A stretch of 64,000 nucleotides of DNA from Candidatus Woesearchaeota archaeon (GCA_964408705.1 CAYPAI010000004.1:57-64056), one strand, 5' to 3'; shown: positions 47,078-57,422, counted from the first letter of the stretch. Numbers and translations are program-made. Notes: generated from the letters alone by a model not told the origin.

Positions 47078-48904
47078 ATGTTTAAAAAATATGTCTTAAT
47101 ATCTCTATTTTTATTAGTTTTAATATTTGGTTCAACAATTTCTTTTGCTAAATCTAGGGATGACTATGGTGATCAAGATAGAATGAAGAATGAGGAATAT
47201 GAATCTGTTAGATCTAAAGTTGTAAAATTGATAAATGAGCAGTTTTTACAAAAACAAATTGATATGATAGTTATTAAGGATCCTAGTTCTTCTTTCCATA
47301 GATCAGTATGGTATGATGTTGGTTGTTCTTCTGGTACTGCTTATGAAGGTAATCTTTGTGCTGTCGGTCAACTTAGACAAATTTATGCAGAATGTTTGAA
47401 TAATGATCATTGTGGAGGAAGTGAGCCTTATTGTAAACTTAGTGGTTGTAATGATTATTCATGTGTAGAATGTCAGTCGGGTGCAGATTGTGAAAGTAAT
47501 GAGTATTGTAATCATTGTGGTACTTGTGCTGTGGCAGGAGGGGGTGGAGGAGTTCCATGTATACCTTGGCCAGAGGGTCCTTGTAATGTACCTTTAAGTC
47601 CCAAAAAAGGAGATAGTTATGTTAAACATATGATTGATCAATACTTTTTTACTGCTAATTCTTTATCAGAGTCTTTATTTTATTCAACATTAAAAGAAGT
47701 CAAATATAATCTTGATCGAGATCTTACAAATAAATCTCCTCGTGCCTCTTATCAATGTGTAGCGAGTGATAGTTGTGCAACTTGTGCAGATCTTTTAGAT
47801 AATGATTATTCGTCAACCCAAGATTGTGAATCTGCTGGGTGTGGTTATGATGATTGTGATAATAGTAGATATGATTTTGATAGACACGATAGAGATAGGA
47901 TGCAGTGTAGTAACTTTTTTGGAGAAAGCGGACAAGTTGCAGTTTTAAATGGGGTATGTGAAGGACAAACTCCGATAGGGGGGATTGTTCTTAGTGGAGA
48001 TCTTCCTTGTAACCCTCATGAAGGTTATGTTAGAATTTCGAATGCACATCCAGATTATGCGACTTATTTTTCAGGAGGAAATATTCCTTCTTTGGAAAAT
48101 TTAAATTATAACTTTTGTGGAAATTTGTATACAGATTGTTGTGTGGATATTAATCAGCCCGATTGGAGCGAGGATGGATCTCTTGGTGATCAAATTTTTT
48201 ATAATTATTGTGGGGATAATTATTGTCAAGGATGGTTAGATTCTTCAGATAATACTGTTTGTAGAGGTCCTTTCCATGATAATCCCAGCGGGGATTGTTA
48301 TGCAGATAGTAGTTGGAACCTTTGTGAAGATTCTCCTGAACTGTGTAGTTGGGATGGAGGTATTGCAGATATAAGAGAAACTCCTGAGTCTTGTTCTTGG
48401 ATAGATCATGCAAGTAATGTTTATTCTGATTGTCGTACTGGTTGTATACAATATGATGAACATGGTTTTGCAACTTCATTTGAGTGTGATTCAGCTATAC
48501 AATCAGATTGTACTATTCTTAACGCTGAATCTTGTCCAGATGGTTCAAATAAGGTTCAAGGTTTAACAATCAGTAGTGCAACAAATGGTCATTTAAGTGA
48601 AGAAGGATATGACTGGATTGTATGTTGTGATCCTAATTTATATACTGTTTCAACTTCAGGTACTTACGAGATGTTATCCTTATCAGGAGATTCAACAAAT
48701 TCTCATTTTGGTGTTTTTGGTACCACAGATTATATTAATTACTATATCGAAGGGTCAGGTATAAGTTCTGGTTGTCAAATTGTAGATCATGATGCTTGTA
48801 ATAATGAGGATGATTTTTGTTTTGTTTCAATTAGCGGTGAAGACAATGCCCATGTTGCAGATTGTATTCAAGAGGGGTATAGTTATAAATTGTGTTGTAG
48901 TTAA
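47078..48904 (+). CDS. Secreted Cys-rich protein that is a paralog of the N-terminal part of the giant upstream gene.
   Basis: The signal peptide is MFKKYVLISLFLLVLIFGSTISFA|KS. The ORF track starts 6 codons earlier, at 47060. It shares GGGGGVPCIPWPEGPCNVPLSP, DRMQCSNFFGESG and YCQGWLD blocks with 43200..47039. Confidence 0.8.
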   Translation: MFKKYVLISLFLLVLIFGSTISFAKSRDDYGDQDRMKNEEYESVRSKVVKLINEQFLQKQIDMIVIKDPSSSFHRSVWYDVGCSSGTAYEGNLCAVGQLRQIYAECLNNDHCGGSEPYCKLSGCNDYSCVECQSGADCESNEYCNHCGTCAVAGGGGGVPCIPWPEGPCNVPLSPKKGDSYVKHMIDQYFFTANSLSESLFYSTLKEVKYNLDRDLTNKSPRASYQCVASDSCATCADLLDNDYSSTQDCESAGCGYDDCDNSRYDFDRHDRDRMQCSNFFGESGQVAVLNGVCEGQTPIGGIVLSGDLPCNPHEGYVRISNAHPDYATYFSGGNIPSLENLNYNFCGNLYTDCCVDINQPDWSEDGSLGDQIFYNYCGDNYCQGWLDSSDNTVCRGPFHDNPSGDCYADSSWNLCEDSPELCSWDGGIADIRETPESCSWIDHASNVYSDCRTGCIQYDEHGFATSFECDSAIQSDCTILNAESCPDGSNKVQGLTISSATNGHLSEEGYDWIVCCDPNLYTVSTSGTYEMLSLSGDSTNSHFGVFGTTDYINYYIEGSGISSGCQIVDHDACNNEDDFCFVSISGEDNAHVADCIQEGYSYKLCCS

Positions 48905-48946
48905 ATTAGAAAGTTATATAAATGAAAATTTGTGAAATATAATATT

Positions 48947-50176
48947 ATGGAAAAAAGAGGAATTTCTCCATTGATAGCCACTATTTTACTTATTGGGTTA
49001 GTAGTAGTTATTGCTTTATTTGTATTTAATTGGATTGGTTCTGTTATTGATTCTCAAACTTCATCTACAGATGATTTAATGGAAACTTATATGACTGATC
49101 TTAGTTTTGATTTTGAGTGTCAAAATGATATAGATTTATCTGAAATTTATATAATGTTTAGTAATAACTATCATGGACCAATAGATTCATTTTTATTGTT
49201 GTATAATGATAGTACTATGTTATCCTTAGATGGTATTTTTTCACTTGAACCATATCAATCTGCTAGCTATACTGTAGTAAGTAAGAATAGTCAGTTTATA
49301 GAAGCTATACCATTAATTGAGATTAATGGAGAACTTCAATCTATTAATCATAAAAAAGTTTTGAGAACTTGTACAGACGTTGGTGCTCCTGTTGCATGTA
49401 GTGATGGGCTAGATAATGATGGTGATGGTTATTCAGATTTAGATGATCCTGATTGTGAAGGTGATTCTGAAGGTGAAGTAGAAGGTGGAACAATTTCTTT
49501 CAGTAGTTGTGATGATGAAAATCTAGATGATTTTTTTGATGATGGATATCCTTTTGTGTTAATGGATAACATAGATGATGTTGATGGAGATTGTTTAGTA
49601 TTTCAAAATATAGATGAAGGAATTACTATTGATTGCGAAGGTCATTATATTCATGGAGGTAATGATGTTGATTCTCAATATGGTATTTATATTTATAATT
49701 CAGATTATTTTGAGTTTAGGGATTGTGAAATAAGTGGTTTTGAGTATGGTATTGCTCTTCAAGAAGGTTCTGATTATAATATTTTTGAAGATATATCTTT
49801 GACTAACAATTGGGGCCAGGGTCAAGGTACTGGTTTGTTTTTTGGTGTACCTATGGGATTCGACCAGAATAATTATAATACTTTTAGAGATATTCTGATT
49901 GAAGATGGTTATTCTGGTTTTAAGTATAATGATGATGCTTTTGGATTTAATCCTTTTAATTTAGGTAATGAATTCATAAATATTCAGTTTGGTGATCACG
50001 AGGGTACTTCATTTTGGTGTTTAGGGAATACCCCTATCGATCTTGCTTCGGCTGCTACAGGGTTTGGAGTAGGATTAGATAGTGGAGATATATTTTGCGG
50101 AACTTCCGCTTGTCTTCAGACTTGCTATGAATCTTTAGGTCTTGATTTTGTAGGCTTAGGTTGTAGCGCATGTTAG
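48947..50176 (+). CDS. Type IV pilin-like protein with a class III signal peptide, fused to a Ca-binding-like CSDGLDNDGDGYSD motif and a parallel beta-helix-like C-terminal domain.
   Basis: The leader MEKRG|ISPLIATILLIGLVVVIALFVF is nearly identical to that of 42691. The ORF track begins 5 codons earlier, at 48932. The C-terminal region has repeating beta-helix-like rungs (GIYIYNSDYFEFRDCEISGFEYGIALQEGSDYNIFEDISLTNN). Confidence 0.7.
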   Translation: MEKRGISPLIATILLIGLVVVIALFVFNWIGSVIDSQTSSTDDLMETYMTDLSFDFECQNDIDLSEIYIMFSNNYHGPIDSFLLLYNDSTMLSLDGIFSLEPYQSASYTVVSKNSQFIEAIPLIEINGELQSINHKKVLRTCTDVGAPVACSDGLDNDGDGYSDLDDPDCEGDSEGEVEGGTISFSSCDDENLDDFFDDGYPFVLMDNIDDVDGDCLVFQNIDEGITIDCEGHYIHGGNDVDSQYGIYIYNSDYFEFRDCEISGFEYGIALQEGSDYNIFEDISLTNNWGQGQGTGLFFGVPMGFDQNNYNTFRDILIEDGYSGFKYNDDAFGFNPFNLGNEFINIQFGDHEGTSFWCLGNTPIDLASAATGFGVGLDSGDIFCGTSACLQTCYESLGLDFVGLGCSAC

Positions 50177-50210
50177 TTAAATTATTAAACTTGTTTTATT
50201 TTTTATTTTT

Positions 50211-51125
50211 ATGAAAAACTATCCTGAATTTAAAGAAAAGTTTATTGAGAGATATTCAAAATTAACAAATTTTAAAAAATTTAAAGAATATTCTTTAAAA
50301 CAGCAAGATAAATCTATAAGAGTAAATACTTTAAAAATAACAACTCCTAAATTAAAATCTAAATTAAATGATTTTAAATTAAAAAAAATTCCATGGTGTA
50401 AAGAAGGATTTTTTATTTCAGGAAGTAGAACTGATTTAGGAAATTTATCTGAGCATGGCTTAGGATATTTCTATATTCAAGAAGCTTCTTCAATGATTCC
50501 GCCTTTAGTTTTAAACCCAAAAGATGATTTAGTTTTAGATATGGCTGCAGCACCAGGTTCTAAAACTACACAAATGGCAGCTATGATGAAGAATAGTGGT
50601 GTAATAATTGCTAATGATTTAGATTACAAGAGGATTGTTTCTTTAAATTCTAATCTTCAGAGATGTGGTGTTTCAAATACAGTAACAACAATGATGGAGG
50701 GTAGGTTTCTTAAAAATTATCATTTTGATAAGATACTTTTAGATGCTCCTTGTTCAGGAACTGGAACTATAAGGAAGTCTCCTAATACTATAGTTGAATG
50801 GAGTCAAAATATCATAAATAGGATATCCGGAGTACAGAGACAATTAATAAGAACTGCTTTTGAAAATTTAAGAGAAGGTGGAAGTTTAGTTTATTCTACT
50901 TGTACATTAGAGCCTCAAGAAAATGAAGGAGTGATTAATTATTTATTAGATCAGTATAGTGATGCTAAGGTTGAAAAAATAAATTTAAAGAATCTAGTTT
51001 ATAGTAATCCTATTTTAAACTTTGAGGGTAAGGATTACGATAAGAGTATAAAGAATTGTTTGAGAATCTGGCCACAAGATAATGATACTGATGGATTTTT
51101 TGTTGCAAAGATAAAAAAAATATAA
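50211..51125 (+). CDS. NOL1/NOP2/Sun-family RNA cytosine-C5 methyltransferase.
   Basis: The SAM-binding motif is DMAAAPGSKTT. The catalytic motifs are DAPCSGTG (motif IV, Pro-Cys) and YSTCTLEPQENE (motif VI, Thr-Cys). Confidence 0.85.
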   Translation: MKNYPEFKEKFIERYSKLTNFKKFKEYSLKQQDKSIRVNTLKITTPKLKSKLNDFKLKKIPWCKEGFFISGSRTDLGNLSEHGLGYFYIQEASSMIPPLVLNPKDDLVLDMAAAPGSKTTQMAAMMKNSGVIIANDLDYKRIVSLNSNLQRCGVSNTVTTMMEGRFLKNYHFDKILLDAPCSGTGTIRKSPNTIVEWSQNIINRISGVQRQLIRTAFENLREGGSLVYSTCTLEPQENEGVINYLLDQYSDAKVEKINLKNLVYSNPILNFEGKDYDKSIKNCLRIWPQDNDTDGFFVAKIKKI

Positions 51126-51128
51126 AGT

Positions 51129-51995
51129 TTATTCTTCTAGATTTCTAATATCTGACTCTGAGTCTATGTCTTCTTCTATTTCGCTTGAGTAAATTTCTAC
51201 TAATTTAAATTTTGCATCTAGGATTTTTGATATTTTGTATTCCACGTCTTTTATTGATAATTGTTTTTTTCTATACTTTTTTATTTCAGGACTTACATAT
51301 TTATAAATTGTCCATATATTTTTTGGTATAAGTAATTTTCTTGAATTATATGCAATATCTACAAATTCTTTATTTTCAATATTATTTGGGTTTGCATAAA
51401 TCATATTACCTATTCTAAATCCTCTTCGGTCATATTTGTCATATATTTTGTCAACACTTTTCTTATTTTTTGAATCTAGTAGTTTTAATGCAGGTCTCTT
51501 TTTGTTTATTATTCCTGCTTCCCATCCAATTATTGGAAAATAAATATCATGATTTCCGTGACATCTTTTTAAAAAATCTCCTATAGAGAATGGAGTTATT
51601 TTTGGAATATCTGATGCTAGAAATAATGCATGATTTTTAGCTTCACTTTTTTCATAACCTATTAATGCATTTTCTAATATGCTTCCTTCTTGTTGAATAA
51701 TCTTTGTTGGTTTTTTATAATTCTCTCCTGAGAGGTATTTTTCTAGCCTATCTTTTTCTCCAACTATAGTTATATCTTCTATTGCCTGAGTTTGGTTTAA
51801 AGTAGATAGAACATAGCTTATTAGTGGTTTTTTAGGGGCATTTCTTTTTAGTCTAACTCTTCTTAATGGCTTGTAACCTTTTCCTAAAAGATATTTATCT
51901 TTGTAGTATCTATCTGTTAGTTTTTTTTCTAGATCACTTAAGTTCTTTTTTACCTTTCCACCTGCCATTACTACTGATTTTACCATTTTTTGCAT
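51129..51995 (-). CDS. MobA-like nucleotidyltransferase-fold protein.
   Basis: The N-terminus has VVMAGGKVKK (G-rich loop) and FLASDIPKITPFSIGDFL (DxP segment). Confidence 0.5.
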   Translation of the reverse strand: MQKMVKSVVMAGGKVKKNLSDLEKKLTDRYYKDKYLLGKGYKPLRRVRLKRNAPKKPLISYVLSTLNQTQAIEDITIVGEKDRLEKYLSGENYKKPTKIIQQEGSILENALIGYEKSEAKNHALFLASDIPKITPFSIGDFLKRCHGNHDIYFPIIGWEAGIINKKRPALKLLDSKNKKSVDKIYDKYDRRGFRIGNMIYANPNNIENKEFVDIAYNSRKLLIPKNIWTIYKYVSPEIKKYRKKQLSIKDVEYKISKILDAKFKLVEIYSSEIEEDIDSESDIRNLEE

Positions 51996-52079
51996 ACGAT
52001 CGTAATTTAATCATTCTTAAATATCTTTCTTTTTATGATATGAGAAAGATTTATAATATAATTATTCTATTTTTAGAAG

Positions 52080-53024
52080 ATGGAAAGGAGAGGTTTTATA
52101 ATTTTTTTAGGAATAATGTTTTTTTTCTTGTTTATTTCTACATTTAATCAAGATTTTGAATATCATATAACTGGTGCAGCAGAGATTACTTCAAAGAATG
52201 ACCAAGATATAGAAGATGAATTTTATAATGAGAAAGATGGTTTTGATGTTTCTATTCCTGATGAAGAATTATTAGCCCAAAAAGAACAAGCATATACTGA
52301 AAGAGTTAATTTTATTGGATCTGGAAGTAAGAATTCTGCAGATTATTATAGAGTACTGGAAAATGGAATTAATATAGAGTATTCTCCTGGAGATAATAAG
52401 TTTCTAAGAGTTTATAGTCCTTCTAATGAAGTTCTTAAAGATTTTGAACCACTTGAAGATATAAAAGTTATAGAATTAGAAGAAGATAAAGTTGAGATTG
52501 GGGTTTATGAAATTCAAGAGATAGAGAAGGATAGGGTTTTATCTAGGGATTATTTTTTTGTAACTTCTCCGGAAGGAGATTTAACAAAGGAAGAAATTGA
52601 AAAAATGTATAATATTAAACAAGAAGATATAGTTAAGGAATATGGTTTAGAAGAAGATATTTCTAGTTATTTATTAGGTAAGCTTGCTAATGCTGAAGTT
52701 ATTAAAAATACTCTTTCAAGTAGAGATGTTGGAAAGTTTAGAGGTGTTCTTGAGTTTGATAAAGATCAAATATCTATACTTGATAGTGTTGATATCTTAA
52801 GTAAAACTGATGATGTTTATTATTCTCCTTTTGAAGGAGATGATTTAGTTAAAACATTTGTTAAAAAAATTGATTTGGATTCTTCTGTAAAATTTTCACC
52901 TAATCAGAAAATGTTAGCTAGTTTTGGAATTTATTTTTCAGATAAACTCGAGTTAGGAGCTGAGTATAGTAAGATAAATCTTTTAGTAGTTAATGAAGAA
53001 CCTAAGATTGGGTTGGAATTTTAA
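52080..53024 (+). CDS. Hypothetical protein with an N-terminal hydrophobic anchor. The MERRG|FIIF start could also fit a class III signal pattern.
   Basis: 314-aa ORF with the N-terminus MERRGFIIFLGIMFFFLFIS. The rest is acidic. Confidence 0.45.
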   Translation: MERRGFIIFLGIMFFFLFISTFNQDFEYHITGAAEITSKNDQDIEDEFYNEKDGFDVSIPDEELLAQKEQAYTERVNFIGSGSKNSADYYRVLENGINIEYSPGDNKFLRVYSPSNEVLKDFEPLEDIKVIELEEDKVEIGVYEIQEIEKDRVLSRDYFFVTSPEGDLTKEEIEKMYNIKQEDIVKEYGLEEDISSYLLGKLANAEVIKNTLSSRDVGKFRGVLEFDKDQISILDSVDILSKTDDVYYSPFEGDDLVKTFVKKIDLDSSVKFSPNQKMLASFGIYFSDKLELGAEYSKINLLVVNEEPKIGLEF

Positions 53025-53025
53025 A

Positions 53026-54243
53026 ATGAAAAAAATTCTTCAGGATATTTTACCAAAAAATGAAGAGAAGATTAGTTTAAAAAAAGAAACAGGAATCATT
53101 CTTAATAAGTTCAAATCTCTTAAAACAGTAAATTTTATTGTTGGAGGTTCTTATGCTAAAGGAACTTGGTTAAAGGGTAATAAGGAAGTAGATATATTTG
53201 CTAGATTTAACTACGAGAAGTATAAAGATAAAGATATCTCTAAAGAATTAAAGAAGTTATTAACTAATAGGAGTATAGATTTTAAATTAGTTCATGGGTC
53301 AAGGGATTATTTCCATTTTATTAAAAATGACATTTTATTTGAGATTATACCTGTGTTAGATATTGATACATATCTAAAGGCCAGGAATGTTACAGATGTT
53401 TCTCCACTTCATGTTAGTTATGTTTGTAAAAATTCTAATTTAAATTTAAAAAATGAAATAAGATTATTGAAACAATTTTGTAAAGCTAATGATATGTATG
53501 GTGCGGAAAGTTATATTAAAGGTTTTTCTGGTTATGTCATTGAAGTTTTAATTATATACTATGGTTCTTTTAAAAAAGTTTTAAATTCTGCTAAGTCTTG
53601 GAAGGTTAAAGAGATTATAGATCCTGCAAGACATTATACTACTGATAGTGAGATTATGTTAAATTTAACCGATTCTAAAAAATCTTCACCTTTGATAATA
53701 ATTGACCCGGTACAGAAGAATAGAAATATTGCTGCTGCCTTAAGTGGAAGAATTTTTAATAAATTTATTAAAACTTCAAAAAAGTATAATTCTTCTGATA
53801 TTTTTTTTACAAAGAAGGAGGTTGTTTTAGAAAAACTTCAAGGATATAATATTTTTAAAATAACTCCACTAGATGGCAAGAAAGATGTAGTTGGTGCCAA
53901 ACTATTAAAAGCTCTTGAAAAGATTAAAAAAGGTCTTGAAATGGAAGGTTTTAAAGTCTATGACTATGGTTGGAAATGGAATAATTATGCATATTTTTGG
54001 TTTAAAACTAATCCTTCGCTTAGTAAAATTAAAAAACATTTTGGTCCATATAGGAAAATGAAAAAATATGTAGATAATTTTAAAAAAAAATGGAAGGGTA
54101 AAAGAGTATACTACGAGGGAAATAGGATTTATGTTAATTTACAAAGAAAAAACACTAGTTCACAAGATATAATTAAGAAATTGTTTAAAAGAGATGATAT
54201 AAAATCTAATTTTAGATACCAAAAAATTTATAAACAAGTTTAA
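53026..54243 (+). CDS. cca: tRNA CCA-adding enzyme (archaeal class I nucleotidyltransferase).
   Basis: VNFIVGGSYAKGTWLKGNKEVDIFARF matches the class-I Pol-beta-type NT motif (GS...DxD). The likely start is Met 53026, 1 nt after the previous stop. The ORF track's 52993 start is in the same frame. Confidence 0.8.
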   Translation: MKKILQDILPKNEEKISLKKETGIILNKFKSLKTVNFIVGGSYAKGTWLKGNKEVDIFARFNYEKYKDKDISKELKKLLTNRSIDFKLVHGSRDYFHFIKNDILFEIIPVLDIDTYLKARNVTDVSPLHVSYVCKNSNLNLKNEIRLLKQFCKANDMYGAESYIKGFSGYVIEVLIIYYGSFKKVLNSAKSWKVKEIIDPARHYTTDSEIMLNLTDSKKSSPLIIIDPVQKNRNIAAALSGRIFNKFIKTSKKYNSSDIFFTKKEVVLEKLQGYNIFKITPLDGKKDVVGAKLLKALEKIKKGLEMEGFKVYDYGWKWNNYAYFWFKTNPSLSKIKKHFGPYRKMKKYVDNFKKKWKGKRVYYEGNRIYVNLQRKNTSSQDIIKKLFKRDDIKSNFRYQKIYKQV

Positions 54244-54278
54244 ATCTATTTTAGTAATAAAATTCTATGGTTGTTTAA

Positions 54279-54914
54279 ATGGAAGATAAAAAACTTCATA
54301 CAGGTACTACAACGGTTGGTATTGTTTGCAAAGACGGAGTTGTTCTTGCTGCAGATAAAAGAGCTAGTGCAGGATATTTTGTGGCAAGTAAGGATATGGA
54401 TAAGATTCAAAATATCTCTGATGATTTTGCTGTAACAATGGCAGGATTGGTTTCTGATGCACAACTTATAGTTAAGCTTATCTCAGCTGAGATTAGATTA
54501 AGATCAGTTAGAACCGGTCAAAAATTAAGTACAAAAGAAGCAGCTAATCTTTTATCAGGGATATTATACCAAAATATTAGAAAAATGTCAATGGTTCCAG
54601 GTATAGTAAGTTTTTTACTTGGAGGACATGATAAAAAGGGAGATCACCTTTATGAGTTAGGAGTGGATGGTTCATTAACTAATATCAGTAATTTTTGTTC
54701 AACTGGATCAGGTAGCATGTTGGCTTACGGGGTTTTAGAAAGTTCATATATTGATGGTATTTCCATTAAAGATGGTATTGATTTAGCTATTAAAGCCGTT
54801 AATACTGCGATTAATAGAGATTTAGCAAGTGGTGATGGAATAGATATCTTTGTTGTAAACTCTAAAGGAGCACATAAGATACATTCAAAAAAAGTAGAAA
54901 AAATAATTCAATAG
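54279..54914 (+). CDS. psmB: Proteasome beta subunit.
   Basis: The short propeptide is followed by the catalytic TTTVGIVCKDGVVLAADKRASAG. Ntn-hydrolase fold. Confidence 0.9.
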   Translation: MEDKKLHTGTTTVGIVCKDGVVLAADKRASAGYFVASKDMDKIQNISDDFAVTMAGLVSDAQLIVKLISAEIRLRSVRTGQKLSTKEAANLLSGILYQNIRKMSMVPGIVSFLLGGHDKKGDHLYELGVDGSLTNISNFCSTGSGSMLAYGVLESSYIDGISIKDGIDLAIKAVNTAINRDLASGDGIDIFVVNSKGAHKIHSKKVEKIIQ

Positions 54915-54961
54915 ATTGTTTTTCTCTCAAAACTTAGAGAATTTTTAAATAATAATTATAA

Positions 54962-56863
54962 ATGGCAATAAAAATATTACAAGAAATAAAAGATATGCTT
55001 CCTCCGAATGCTAAAATATCTAGCATTCTTTTTGAAGGTGCAAATATTGTATTGTATACTAAGAATAGAGATTTCTTTTTAGATGGAGGAAATACTGTTA
55101 AAGAGATAGTAGGTTCTATCAAGAAAAGAGTAGAATTAAGGCCAGACCCTTCATTATGTGATGATCTTGAAAATGCAGAAGAGAAGATAAGGAAGATAAT
55201 TCCGTCTGATGCTGGTAAAATTGAGCTAAATTTTGATATTCCTAGGTCTGTTGTTGTAATAGAGGCAGAAAAGCCAGGTTTAGCTATAGGAAAATCTGGT
55301 GAACTTTTGAAAGAAATTAAAAAACAAACATTTTTTGTTCCTTTAGTTCAAAGAATACCTGCCATAGATTCAAAAATAGTTGAGAATATTAGAAGAGTTC
55401 TTTATGAAAGTAGTGATGAACGTAAGAAATTTTTACATACTGTTGGAGAAAGGATATATGGCACTAGGAAGAAGGATAGGCCTACTAAATGGGTAAGATT
55501 AACGTTTTTAGGGGCCTCTAGACAAGTAGGTAGATCTTGTTTTCTACTCCAAACTGAAGAATCTAATGTTCTTTTAGATTGTGGGATTAATGTTGCTGCT
55601 ACAGGAGAAGATGCTCATCCATTTTTTAATGCACCAGAGTTTAAAATAGAAGATTTAGATGCAGTTATAATCTCTCACTCTCATTTAGATCATGTAGGTT
55701 TATTACCTCTATTGTTTAAATATGGTTATAAGGGTCCAGTGTATATGACTGCACCTACTAGAGATGTAAGTGCATTACTTTTACTAGATTTAATAAGTGT
55801 AGGTCAAAAAGATGCAAAGGATGCTCTTTTTTCTTCAACAGATATTAAAAAAATGGTTAAACATGTAGTGACATTAGGTTATGATGAAGTTACAGATGTT
55901 ACTCCAGATGTTAGATTAACTTTTTATAATGCAGGACATATTTTAGGGAGTGCAATGTGTCATTTACATATTGGAGAAGGATTACATAACTTACTTTATA
56001 CAGGCGATATGAATTATGAATTAACTAATTTACTAGCTCCGGCTTCAACCAAATTTCCAAGATTAGAGACTGTGATGATAGAAACAACATATGGTGGAAA
56101 AGATAATATACAAGCTTCTAGAAAAGAATGTGAGGATTACTTAATTGGAGTTATAAATACTACTATCCAAAGAGGGGGAAAGGTGTTGTTACCGGTTTTA
56201 GGTGTAGGAAGGGCTCAAGAAATACAAGTTATTTTAGAGAAAGCTATGAGGGAAGGAAGAATCGATAAAGTTCCATTCTTTTTACAAGGTATGGTTGGTG
56301 ATGTAACTGCAATCCATACAGCTTATCCCGATTTTTTTAATAATAGAATAAAGCAAGCAGTATTTCATAAGGGTGAAAATCCTTTCTTATCAGATATTTT
56401 TAAACAAGTAGGGTCTAGAAAAGAAATGATGCAAGTTGTTGAAGATACAGGTCCTTGTATAATCATGGCTACGTCTGGAATGATGACAGGAGGAGCATCT
56501 GTAGATTATTTTAAGCATTTAGCTAATGATTCTAGGAATTCTATGGTTTTAACATGTTATCAAGGCCCAGGTTCCCTTGGTAAAAGATTACAGGATGGAG
56601 AAAAGGAAATAATGTTTCAAGAAGGAAATAAACAAATTCCAGTTAAAGTTGGAATGGATATCCATTCAATTCATGGATTTACTGGACATTCTGACAGAAA
56701 ACAATTAGTAAATTTTATTTCAAAGTTAAATCCCAAGCCTAAAAAATTAATCGCTATTCATGGTGAGCAATCTCGTTCTTTAGATTTTGCTAGTTCAATA
56801 CATAAGATGTTTAGGATGGAAACAACAGTCCCTAAAGCTTTAGAATCAATAAGATTAAGGTAA
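54962..56863 (+). CDS. aCPSF1/FttA-type beta-CASP ribonuclease (KH plus metallo-beta-lactamase plus beta-CASP).
   Basis: The N-terminal KH-like region is followed by the metallo-beta-lactamase motif HSHLDHVG. The beta-CASP motifs follow. 633 aa is typical of archaeal CPSF1. Confidence 0.9.
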   Translation: MAIKILQEIKDMLPPNAKISSILFEGANIVLYTKNRDFFLDGGNTVKEIVGSIKKRVELRPDPSLCDDLENAEEKIRKIIPSDAGKIELNFDIPRSVVVIEAEKPGLAIGKSGELLKEIKKQTFFVPLVQRIPAIDSKIVENIRRVLYESSDERKKFLHTVGERIYGTRKKDRPTKWVRLTFLGASRQVGRSCFLLQTEESNVLLDCGINVAATGEDAHPFFNAPEFKIEDLDAVIISHSHLDHVGLLPLLFKYGYKGPVYMTAPTRDVSALLLLDLISVGQKDAKDALFSSTDIKKMVKHVVTLGYDEVTDVTPDVRLTFYNAGHILGSAMCHLHIGEGLHNLLYTGDMNYELTNLLAPASTKFPRLETVMIETTYGGKDNIQASRKECEDYLIGVINTTIQRGGKVLLPVLGVGRAQEIQVILEKAMREGRIDKVPFFLQGMVGDVTAIHTAYPDFFNNRIKQAVFHKGENPFLSDIFKQVGSRKEMMQVVEDTGPCIIMATSGMMTGGASVDYFKHLANDSRNSMVLTCYQGPGSLGKRLQDGEKEIMFQEGNKQIPVKVGMDIHSIHGFTGHSDRKQLVNFISKLNPKPKKLIAIHGEQSRSLDFASSIHKMFRMETTVPKALESIRLR

Positions 56864-56939
56864 TTATGTAGTTGTTTCTTTTTAGTAGTAACAAATAGTA
56901 AACCTTATAAAGTTAAATTTATGTATATTTCTTGTAAAA

Positions 56940-57422
56940 ATGAGAGATTTAATTAAAATATTACTAATAAGTTTAGTATTCCTTATTGGTTGGACTTCAA
57001 GTTATGTTTATAGTGGGAGCTCTTTTGAAAATCCTTCAAGTTTTGTTTCAAAGGAATTAATTTCTCCCCAAGATAGGGTTTCGGAAGATGATGTTTATAT
57101 CTTTCAGAATCAGATTATAATAGACATAGAAGGTGTTTCTGGTGCTATTTATGCAGATACAAACTCAATGGACCCATTATTAGATGATGGCGCAATTGGT
57201 TTAGAAATAGTTCCTAGTTCTGAAGATAATATTTTTGTAGGAGATGTAGTTAGTTTTAAAACATCTTGGAGTAATAATCTGATAGTCCATAGGGTTATCA
57301 TGATTGGAGAAGATGATGATGGTTGGTATTGTGTAACTAAAGGAGATAATAGTGTTTTTACTGACCCAGGTAAATTAAGATTTGAGGATATAGAATATTT
57401 GTTGATTGGTGTTTTATATTAG
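56940..57422 (+). CDS. Signal peptidase I, archaeal Sec11/S26 type.
   Basis: There is an N-terminal TM anchor. The catalytic Ser-box-like motif is SNSMDPLL (compare SGSMEP). The KGDNS box is TKGDNSVF. Confidence 0.7.
   Translation: MRDLIKILLISLVFLIGWTSSYVYSGSSFENPSSFVSKELISPQDRVSEDDVYIFQNQIIIDIEGVSGAIYADTNSMDPLLDDGAIGLEIVPSSEDNIFVGDVVSFKTSWSNNLIVHRVIMIGEDDDGWYCVTKGDNSVFTDPGKLRFEDIEYLLIGVLY

Noticed and set aside
34397-50176. Integrated mobile element or genomic island inserted at the tRNA-Gly / tRNA-Thr pair and carrying the surface-protein genes.
   Set aside because: No integrase, transposase or direct repeat of a tRNA 3' end was found downstream. The surface-protein islands are interspersed with housekeeping genes that have the same codon usage.
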